Part shown: piece by piece, positions 1 through 9,090 of the stretch
How positions within the stretch are numbered: position 1 is the stretch's first letter
Layout of the letters: each line of letters starts with the position of its first letter
Origin: Penicillus capitatus
Lineage: Eukaryota > Plantae > Chlorophyta
DNA: 64,000 bases
Direction: 5' to 3'
NCBI GenBank assembly: GCA_965649825.1
Contig: OZ287702.1
Location: 858,786-922,785 of the forward strand
Notes under the pieces: generated by a model
The model's database searches: none
Seen by the model: the letters and a program-made list of their open reading frames with translations, nothing else
Told to the model about the DNA's origin: nothing
Made by a program: the position numbers and the translations under genes

Positions 1-43
1 GGTGGTTTGTGCTGGTGGTGCATGGCATGCTGGACAAGTGTCT

Positions 44-501
44 CTGCTGGAGGTGGATGTCGAGGTGTCCGGTCTGCTGGAGGTGGATGTCGAGGTGTCC
101 GGTCTGCTGGAGGTGGATGTCGAGGTGTCCGGTCTGCTGGAGGTGGATGTCGAGGTGTCCGGTCTGCTGGAGGTGGATGTCGAGGTGTCCGGTCTGCTGG
201 AGGTGGATGTCGAGGTGTCCGGTCTGCTGGAGGTGGATGTCGAGGTGTCCGGTCTGCTGGAGGTGGATGTCGAGGTGTCCGGTCTGCTGGAGGTGGATGT
301 CGAGGTGTCCGGTCTGCTGGAGGTGGATGTCGAGGTGTCCGGTCTGCTGGAGGTGGATGTCGAGGTGTCCGGTCTGCTGGAGGTGGATGTCGAGGTGTCC
401 GGTCTGCTGGAGGTGGATGTCGAGGTGTCCGGTCTGCTGGAGGTGGATGTTGAGGTGTCCGGTCTGCTGGAGGTGGATGTTGAGGTGTCCGGTCTGCTGG
501 A
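44..501. repeat. 30-bp minisatellite ctgctggaggtggatgtcgaggtgtccggt, 15 full copies plus a partial
   Basis: Directly visible perfect tandem array; the last two copies carry a C>T change (positions 451 and 481). Confidence 0.98.
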
Positions 502-529
502 CTGTTATCTTTGGGATGGAAGGTCTGAG

Positions 530-1400
530 GATGTGCTCCATTCTCTGGCAGGACTTGGGAAGAGTGATGGATATGGTTATCCAACAATGGCCAGGGAGCA
601 TCACAGTATTCATTCTTATGACACGGTAAGTGACATGCTGAATCTCTATGTGGAGCAGAAACTAATGAGGTGCCTTCTCTGCAGGGTGGTGGATGCAACA
701 ACGATTTGGTTTCCTGGAATACCAACATGAAACTGAATTAGCTCTACAAGGCATGCTGAAAACGAAGGAGAAGTTTGCAGAACCAGATGAATGCGATGAA
801 AATCGGCCAGACAGCTGTTATGTGGAACATCAAGGTACAGTGTCCCCCTTATGATCATTGGATGCTTAGATTCGATATCAGACATGAAGGGATTGGATCA
901 TCATGTTCAGGCATTCTGAAGGAATGATTTCCAGAAAGAAATCATCGGCAATCGAACGTCGCAATCCGACATCATAAAGAGAATTCATGAGACAGAGCCG
1001 AAGACACTGAGAGCAATGATCATTCAAGAAACGCGACAAGACTGAAGACATCTCTATCGAAGGACACAATTTGGTTTTCGCGCCGACAGATCCATCTTCA
1101 CAATCCATTCTGCAAAGCTTGTGGACATCTTACATGATGTTCCCAGTACACCAGGGAATCTAAGGTTCCCAAAAAGGTCCTTTCATTTTACACTTCGTGC
1201 TGAGTGGTGCTCTGTTCTGTAGAAAAGTTCATTGTCCGAAAAAAGATAACATGTTGAGAAGAGCATGCAAGAAGACCACAGTTTCCATCATGCGTGAGCT
1301 CGGTCGAATCAGCTGGAAAGTCTACATGAGCTCGGTTGAATCAGCTGGAAAGTCTAAAGGACACTGGAGTATCAGTTTCTGCAGAGTGAATTCGTCTGAC
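530..1400 (-). pseudogene. Retrotransposon integrase relic
   Basis: Degenerate rve-core and GPY/F-like peptides in several minus frames, interrupted by stops. Confidence 0.6.
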
Positions 1401-1866
1401 CAAGGAGCCCTTTGATGCGTACGTCAGTCCATCGCATCCTGCACTCACCAACACAGTTCTCAAGGTAATCTGCAGATGCCTCATGGTCCTTTTTGTACAC
1501 TTCATTTGACAGGCATTTTAAGAAACAGGGTCGAAGGAAGTGGCAGCAGTGGCCTGGACGCAATGACAGAGGCGATTTGGTCAAGATGCTCTGGATCGAG
1601 TCTTTTCTACGAGCCTTTGATCTATCGTCTCGTGAAAAGCGATGAATTCGGCAACAGATTCATCGATCACGACGATGGAAGACACGATTGCTAAATGAGA
1701 GTGGAATCCTGGATCTCGCGATGCTATGGCATTGAGTGTTCTCTGGTGTCTGGACTGGCGTAAAGAAGAAGACTCAGATCACAGACAACGACTTCCAAAG
1801 CCACCCTGGATAGAAGAGAGAGATCAATCCTGTCTCGCCTGGAGTCATGCCCTCGGACAACGATGA

Positions 1867-2292
1867 TCATACAAGCAAACGCCGTTGATCATTCCAAGAG
1901 ACTGGAAACGCCCAGGGAAAACTGGAGTGTATTCTTTGCCAACACTTCACCAGATGATCTGGATCAGATTCGAGGCATAGGGACTCTGAACTCAAGAGTC
2001 TCGCTGAAATGCACAACAACCCTGGATGCAAAACCATCAGAATGAAGGAAGGAGCCTTGTTGATGGATGACCAAGTCAACTAACTGTTTTCCGAATTGGT
2101 CAGTCCGACAGCAACCTGAAAGCAGCATGGGATCAAAAGATCAACCCCCGACCTTCTCGATAATTCCTTGTCTTCATTCCAAGTATGTCTCTCTCTGTCT
2201 CCTATGCACTCGATGAGCCTGCATCTCACAGAATCAATGTGGAGTTGAAGAGGAGGACGCGTGGGGCATGGACACTCGATGAGATCAATCAA
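1867..2292 (-). pseudogene. Reverse transcriptase N-terminal relic
   Basis: Peptides IDLIECPCPTRPPL and HSSFPWAFPV. No YxDD core found; the distance to the integrase is too short for a full RT/RNase H. Confidence 0.5.
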
Positions 2293-4778
2293 GATCTCAA
2301 ACGGATCACTGTCATACCTTTAGTGCTTGCTTCTTCGAGAAGAGGCAATTTTTCCCTCCGAAAAACGAAGAACTCGACAAGAAATGAGATGCATCTAATC
2401 TGGCAGAGGAAGACGTGGTTCAGACGAACATTTGAGGTAATTCCTTCAGCCAGTTTGCCCAGTCAAAGACCACCTGTTGCAGACGAAGCATGGATGTTGG
2501 CTATCACAGTTTCGGAGAAGCATGAGTGGCTGTGTTGCAACAGAATGCTGACGAGCTGGATGACTGAGTAACCTGAACGCGGCTCCTCATTCCGAAGACT
2601 CGACAGAAGCTGCCGATGCATCCTCCGATGACAGAAGAAGACTCCAGGAGGATTAAAAGAGTGACAGCCGCCCTTCCACAGGGCAGAAGAGGACGAATTG
2701 GTGGTGTCTTCCTCGACCATGACTGGGAGAGGCGCCACTCGACAACACGAGCACTGCACTGACATGTCTCATCAGGTAGAGAATGTCACATCTGCTCTTG
2801 TGCTCAAGGATGCAGTGTCTTCAGGATGAGATGAGGAAGGCGTGTCAGAAGGAGATATAGACTCCTGGTAGATGTCTTCCAGAAGAGGCACTCACTTCCT
2901 CTTCACCTTTCTGAGAAAATCGGGAACGGACCAGCTGACAGACTCCAAAGAGAACAACACAGTAAATGCAGCAGCTGGACACCTACAGAGAGAAGAGCCA
3001 CCAGCTGCAGGAGGCGGAAAGCAGAATGACTTCTGGTGAGGCAGTCAGTGCCGACGTTCGAGAAGACCAGAAGCAGTCTTGGATCACATTTCCTTGCACT
3101 GATCCACTCCACCCACCCCGGGCAGCGGCAGCCGCATCAGGGAGGATGGTTGGGCGACAGGGAGAGCAGAGACCGTGACATTGGGCAGCCACGTGATTCG
3201 GTCGATGCCCACAGGTAAGCGTCCTTTGGATCGGCATCCAGGGCCGTCTCTTCTGTCCCTTTTCTCTCTCTTTCTCCCCTGGATGCCCGTCTGCTTCGAT
3301 CTGGGCAACGGAATCGGCCTTTGTATTTCTTCCTGTGTGCCTGTGTATTGTCTTTTGTGTGCCTGGCAGTTGTCATTGCTTTCCTTGTCTGTTTCTCTGC
3401 TCTGTGATTGTGTTTACCTTTCTTGTGCCTGTCGCCGATTCCGTTGTCCCCTATTGCATGTCTTTTTATCTTTTCTTTCTTTGTTGTTTTCTCTTGAACT
3501 GTGTTCTTTAAGTGCCATTGCGATGTTCATCATGTCCTGTTCTTTCTGTTTTCTGTGCCGTTTCCTTGCTTTCCTTGCTTTCTTGATTCACTGTGTGTGC
3601 TGGGTCCCTTTTTGGACCTCTTATTTGCATGTCCTCGCAGCGCGCCAGGTCCATAGGACGATTCCAGGGATATTCGCCAATCACACTGGGAATTCTCACC
3701 CTTCCCAGGGCTGCTTTTCGGGAGAGGTCACTGGTACCTCTGCCAGGTTGCATCGAGCGGCGCCGCTAGCCAAAGGTATGTTCTCATGTCAATCAGATGT
3801 CACATCTAACTCTGCCTTTACAGATGGGGTTAACAATACTCTCCAAGGAGAGAGTTGTAGAGAATGTTCCCCTTTGCAACATTGACTACAGAGGTAATCC
3901 AATCTAGCGATCTCTGCCTGCATTTGGCTGAATCGATGATCTTAGGAGGATGAATGGCATGCAAGAACCAGAAAAGGATCAGCCTAAACATCCGCGAGGG
4001 AGTGTCGCTAATTCAGAGCGTGGCTTGATCTCCCTCTGGTGATGGCTTTCAGATCGGCATCCAGGCCGTCTTTTCTATTTCCTTTTTCGTTTCGCTCTCT
4101 CTCTCCCTGGATGCCAGTTTTCCTCTTCTGGGCCATCGGAGCCTCTGTTTCCTTTCTGACGTGTGACCATCTCCTTGTTTGATGTATTGCTTTCTGTGCT
4201 TTTTCCTTATTTTACAGCATTCCTGCTTTGTCTGTACCCTTGTCTGTTTTAATATTGAGTTTTTATGAATGCCTTTTATTTCTTTCTGTGTCTATCTCTG
4301 TCCTTGTTTATTTTTGCTCCTGTGAGTTTTCATTTTGTGTTTTGTTTTGTCGTTTTCGGTCCCTTTTTGGACACTTAACTGCATGTCCGCGCAGCGCGCC
4401 GGATCTGAAAGCCGCTGGAGATGGTTGGGCCCACTCGCCCCATCAAAACTCTCCCACACTGCCCGAGCGGATCGATCCTATCATGCATGCCAATGGCACA
4501 ATCCTCCGTTGCAGTTCGTCGACCATGTCTCATCAAGTGAACGCTCTCTTCTCTCTCAATCGCTGTTACTAATCTCATGCCACAGGTGAAATGACTCATG
4601 CCTCCAACGAAGATGTCTGAAAGACCTTGATTCGAAGTCTGCACATGAGTGACTGTTTGAACTCTTTCCTGGCTTTCATATTCTTTTACCTCTTTTGATT
4701 TTCTTAGCAAAAAGAGAAAGGCATTCTCTACTGGTGAACAGCCAGTTGCCACTGCTGTGTTTTCCCTAGTCTGTCAGC

Positions 4779-5037
4779 GAGTGATCTCAGGAGTTTTGGT
4801 CTCCTGCCAGTGAGTGAGTGATCTCAGGAGTTTTGGTCTCCTGCCAGTGAGTGAGTGATCTCAGGAGTTTTGGTCTCCTGCCAGTGAGTGAGTGATCTCA
4901 GGAGTTTTGGTCTCCTGCCAGAGAGTGAGTGATCTCAGGAGTTTTGGTCTCCTGCCAGAGAGTGAGTGATCTCAGGAGTTTTGGTCTCCTGCCAGTGAGT
5001 GAGTGATCTCAGGAGTTTTGGTCTCCTGCCAGAGAGT
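4779..5037. repeat. 37-bp minisatellite gagtgatctcaggagttttggtctcctgccag(t/a)gagt x7
   Basis: Seven contiguous units (unit 7 starts at 5001). Each has an internal inverted repeat caggag/ctcctg. No spacers. Confidence 0.97.
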
Positions 5038-5260
5038 GATCTTGGTTTTTTTGAGAACTCGTGGTTCAATGTTCACTGTTCAATGTTTGGCATTTTCCAT
5101 TTCTGAACTTTTACATTCTCAGTCTTCTTTTCTCGCGTTCTCTGACTACGCACGTTATTGGCCCAATTCGGCTATTGACTTTTTTACATGACTAAAGACT
5201 GTTTTAACAGGCTCCCTAGTTATCCGGGTCCGCTAAGAACGCGATGAATGATCACCAAAT

Positions 5261-6017
5261 GTGCCGACAGATACCTACTTCGCCCTCGAATTGCTCACCG
5301 AAGAATGTGCGATTCTCGAATATGCCTCGGTGATGCTGAAGACGCAGATCTATACATTGGTGCCGAACAGAACGACTGTGGAAGCGGAGCTCGATGCTCT
5401 GAGACAGTCCGGCAAGATTCGTCTGTTTCAGCTGCCGACCAACCGAAACGACGTCGCCATTCTCCTCAGCACCGAACACGACGCAGACATCACCTCCATT
5501 GCTCACAGCCGTTCACCTCGCGAATCCCAAATCCTCCTAAAGTCAGCAAGATCGCACCCCCTGTCGACGTGATCGGATCTCTCCTGTGCACAGATTCAAA
5601 GAAGCCATTCTCGACAAGACCCGCGATCCTCTTCTCTCGCAAGAGCATCTGTTCGAGGCAATGGAAGTGACGGGCGATTCGGAGCGGGAGTTGGAAGCCG
5701 TTCGTGTGTTGCATTCTCTGGGATTCATCACAGATGACGTGCGACCTGGCGGCGGCCGTTCGAACAGCATGCATATCTGGTCACCACGCCTCGGCTTCTT
5801 CGTGACGAGTCTGATCGAGGGACGCAAAGAAATGCTGAGAATGTTCCAGCGAAAGAAATATCGCGAGATCAAAGAGTCGCGACTCTTCGAATGCGAACTG
5901 CGAAAATCGAGACTCGGTATCAAATACCATCTGCGTGACCTCATGGGACTCGGACTCCTGGACGAGAAATCCACACAGGCCGGGAAATTTTACACACTTG
6001 TCACTAAGCACGATTAG
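5261..6017 (+). CDS. STK19: STK19-like winged-helix protein, copy 1 (5' end uncertain; intron ~5539-5590)
   Basis: Motifs DTYFALELL, MLKTQIYTLVPNRTTVEAELDALRQSGKIRLFQL and GIKYHLRDLMGLGLL resemble the STK19 family. No in-frame ATG immediately upstream of 5261. Confidence 0.7.
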
Positions 6018-6649
6018 CTTCGTTTGCTTTCGATGATGTCGAGTAGCTCTTTGCGAAAATGGATGATGCTCAAGGGGGTCACACATTTCAGAATCTTCAA
6101 TTGGGACGCACTCCATTGAGTGAGATCTGTGGCGAGGATCTGTGCGAATTTGAGTAGATAGAGGGCACAGTCGGAGCCGTTTGTCTGCTGCGGGACGAGG
6201 GGAGCAACAAACTTCATGGATCCCTCCGTGGACAACACGGCATGCAGCTTCTTTGCTGTATCTCTTGCCGGCTCGTTGTTTACGCCGCCATACGAATCCA
6301 GGTGCACAAACGTACATTCCTGTCGCACCCAGATGAGCAAACTCCAGTGCGTTCCGCCTTCGGCTTGGGTCACATTTGGATTATCATTCACGGCCATAAA
6401 AATGACATCACACTGCTTGAGCTTTAACGGTCGGACGAAGCAGACGTCCACGTCTTCCACAGTCCCATTCTTCAGCAAAAAGGCGGCGGCGCCCGGGAGA
6501 AAACGAAGAGATGCATTCGGCACGACTTCATGTGTGAGGTATTCAAAGTAGAAGGCCACGAGTTGATCATTGAGCCAATATGGCCCCTTCAACAGATCCA
6601 CATCTGTTTGACGAAGCAGAACGTCGTGGAAGGAAATCATCGAATGCAC
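6014..6649 (-). CDS. SENP8: NEDD8-specific protease SENP8/NEDP1/DEN1 (peptidase C48), intronless
   Basis: LLRQTDVDLLKGPYWLNDQLVAFYFEYL, GGTHWSLL (catalytic His), HLDS (Asp), QQTNGSDCALY (Cys). Confidence 0.92.
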   Translation of the reverse strand: MHSMISFHDVLLRQTDVDLLKGPYWLNDQLVAFYFEYLTHEVVPNASLRFLPGAAAFLLKNGTVEDVDVCFVRPLKLKQCDVIFMAVNDNPNVTQAEGGTHWSLLIWVRQECTFVHLDSYGGVNNEPARDTAKKLHAVLSTEGSMKFVAPLVPQQTNGSDCALYLLKFAQILATDLTQWSASQLKILKCVTPLSIIHFRKELLDIIESKRS

Positions 6650-6714
6650 AATGCGTCATTTTATCGATCGTCTTAGGGTCTGCCAAAGTGGTGCTGATAC
6701 GTGGTGTTCGTGTC

Positions 6715-8050
6715 ATGCTTTGTGGTCCGTTACAGAGAGCTGTTTCGGCAGCTTCTCGACGAAGCGAGCCGCGACGGGTGTGGCTCCCCGTTGTCTGTTC
6801 TCAACAAGAGGCGAAAGGAGGCGGAAAACGACGCCCGAGACCTCCGGGAGGATCACACAGACACTTCAGTCGGTGGGCCTTCGGCGGCGCTGTCGGCATT
6901 GGCTCCGTCGGTTGGGCCTTTATACAAGTGCGTTTCTCAACGAGGTCTGCCATCGGATCTCAGTCCTGTGGCTCTCAGTTATCGAGCAATGGCTCTCTGC
7001 CAGGATTTCGAGCATTCTCGTCGTCCTCGACGGGTTTCGATCAAGTCGAGACCGATAAGTCATCGAAGGTCGATGGCTCTTCGAAGCCATCGTCATCAAA
7101 TGGAGCCAAGTGCTTGGCCAGTGTATGAGAGAAGTGGCGCAGGTGTGATCATAGGCGTCCTTCAGATGAGGGCCCCATTACAAAACTCGTCCTGATTTCT
7201 GGGGCATCTTGTATCCCGCACCCGGAAAAGATGGAGAAGGGAGGCGAAGATGCTTACTTTATTTCGGATGATGGACTGTCTGTCGGCGTAGCCGATGGCG
7301 TTGGTGGATGGGTCTGGCTTTACCTGCACTCTCACTCTTCTCACTCTTTTTTTAGGCACTCTCGGGCGTGGATGCTGGAAAGTATGCGCGGCTGTTGATG
7401 AAAACGGCGAAAGAAGCTGCCGAGAAGTCAACAGAAGATGACGAGTCCAAAATACCCAAGTCTGTTTTGACCGAAGCGCATGGCCTGACCAATGTTCCAG
7501 GTACGACCACTGCCTTCCATGACAGCATTTTTGCAGACGGAAGGGATCAGGGTCCTCAACGGCCTGCATTTTGCGTTTGGATTGTGAGGGATCGTGTTTG
7601 CATGCATCGAATCTGGGAGACTCCGGTTTTTTCATTTTGCGGAAAGACACCGTCGTCTTCAAATCTCCCCCTCAGCAATACCAGTTCAATTTTCCATACC
7701 AGATTGGATACGATACCTCCTTGAATAACACTCCAGATCAGGCAGAGGATTTTTGCGTCGATGTACAACCTGGAGATGTGATCGTAACGGGAACCGATGG
7801 ACTGTGGGACAATGTCTTCGTAGAAGAGTGCGCACGGATTGTCGTGAACTGCCGTGATGAGGGACTATGTCCAGAAGAATGCTCACTAAAAGTTGCTCGA
7901 TTTGCACAAGAGCAATCCCTGAGCCTGGAAAGCCGGACACCCTTCTTAAAGGGCGCCAAAGAAAATGGCTATTCTTATTACGGAGGCGGGAAGCCAGATG
8001 ACGTCACTGTTGTGGTGTCTTACGTATCTCAAGGCAATGCCAAACTGTGA
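6715..8050 (+). CDS. PP2C-family phosphatase, PTC7/PPTC7-like, with N-terminal organellar-type leader; spliced
   Basis: [62 protein letters not shown]. Introns ~7312-7355 and ~7502-7550. Confidence 0.9.
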
Positions 8051-8119
8051 GAAACGTTTCAAACATGAAAACATGAGTGCCATTCGCGAGGAATGACATC
8101 ATCATTATTCAACGTCGTG

Positions 8120-8890
8120 ATGCAGCTCCTTGTTCGCACCCTTCATCGTGGCACCGTTCCCGTACAACTCAGTCCAGGCGACGGCCTCGCTGAACTGCAA
8201 TCGACGATTCATGTGAGAGACACCGTGCTTCGGCGAAGTGATGGTGTGGCGTAGAGAGTTTGTGGTATCCCTGCCTGTTGTCAGCGACTGCGTTGTGGTT
8301 TGCGAGACGTTCGTGATGACAGTGACGTAGCGGGGTTGACCCCGGGCACAATGGTGTCCCTTTTGCTGCGACTGGTTGGAGGAAAAGGAGGTTTTGGCTC
8401 GCTTTTGCGTGTCCAAGGACGCGACACCAAAGCAACGACCAATTTCGAAGCATGTCGTGATCTGAGTGGTCGACGATTGCGCCATGTCAACGCGACAAAG
8501 AAAATGGAAGAGTGGAGTCAGAAGGCCAACGATAGGGAACTGGAAAAAATCGCATTGCGACATGTGACGCAACGCGCCCGTGAACAAAGACAAGAAAAAC
8601 GCAAAGCCATCGATCCCGAAGAAGTGACTCAGCTGTTAGAAGACACCGTCCGTGGTGTCAAGAAAGCCGTCCAAGGTGCCTTAGAAACATCGCAAGCCCA
8701 ATCCAATCACCGCCGCCACTCCAAGAAACCACGCTTCATGCTTGATGATGATGAGGAGGAAGATGAGAGTGCGGAAGAGTCCGACGATGTGACTGACAAG
8801 ACAGCAGCGTCTTTGGATATCGATGGATCATCTCATATTCCTACTGATGATACGAAAGCTGTGTTGTGTGATGGGACTGTCAGTATCTAA
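8120..8890 (+). CDS. SDE2: SDE2 ubiquitin-fold replication-stress/splicing factor
   Basis: MQLLVRTL ubiquitin-like start, [15 protein letters not shown] cleavage motif, [19 protein letters not shown]; one intron after ~8207. Confidence 0.92.
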
Positions 8891-9090
8891 ACAATAATAT
8901 TAAATAGAAGGCACGAGTCACTGGGAGTGTTCATTCATCGACATCTTCCCATTATCCAACAATAAGTTTGCCCTTATCTTATGTAGTATGGCGGCGGATA
9001 AATACGGCCTCTGCACTCTCTCTATGCTGCGAAATCTTTGGAGCTCCAAAAAACAAAATAAAACATGTTGATGAATCTCACAACGCATCC

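Larger units (their letters stand above)
1..5200 (-). mobile_element. Decayed Ty3/Gypsy-type LTR retrotransposon relic (internally deleted; runs off the left edge)
   Basis: Minus-strand fragments occur in gag-RT-IN order, broken by stops and frameshifts. Gag-like: IRSGSVGEF (~4450) and PSVIGEY (~3680). RT N-terminus: IDLIECPCPTRPPLQL and IHSSFPWAFPV (cf. SSPWASPV). Integrase: GPFWEP*IP (cf. GLLQPLPIP), QIVSFDRDVFS and MSDCDVRL..SFWKSF (cf. IVSDRDxRFxSxFW), and TYRVIRMNTVMLP (GPY/F-like). LTR boundaries cannot be verified in the window. Confidence 0.7.
5255..7045. repeat. Segmental duplication, copy 1 (inverted copy at 55816-57605)
   Basis: Near-identical reverse complement of 55816-57605 (1791 vs 1790 bp), with scattered SNPs and one 1-bp indel. 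Confidence 0.95.

Noticed and set aside
2-730. Plus-strand ORFs 2..730, 7..453 and 9..629 as genes
   Set aside because: They are open only because the 30-bp repeat lacks stops; the flanking homology is on the minus strand.
3185-3225. Gag CCHC zinc knuckle (TCGHRPNHVAAQC)
   Set aside because: The first Cys is missing and the spacing is off; too degenerate to support.
4779-5037. 37-bp palindromic repeats as a CRISPR array
   Set aside because: Units are contiguous with no unique spacers, there are no cas genes, and the context is eukaryotic.
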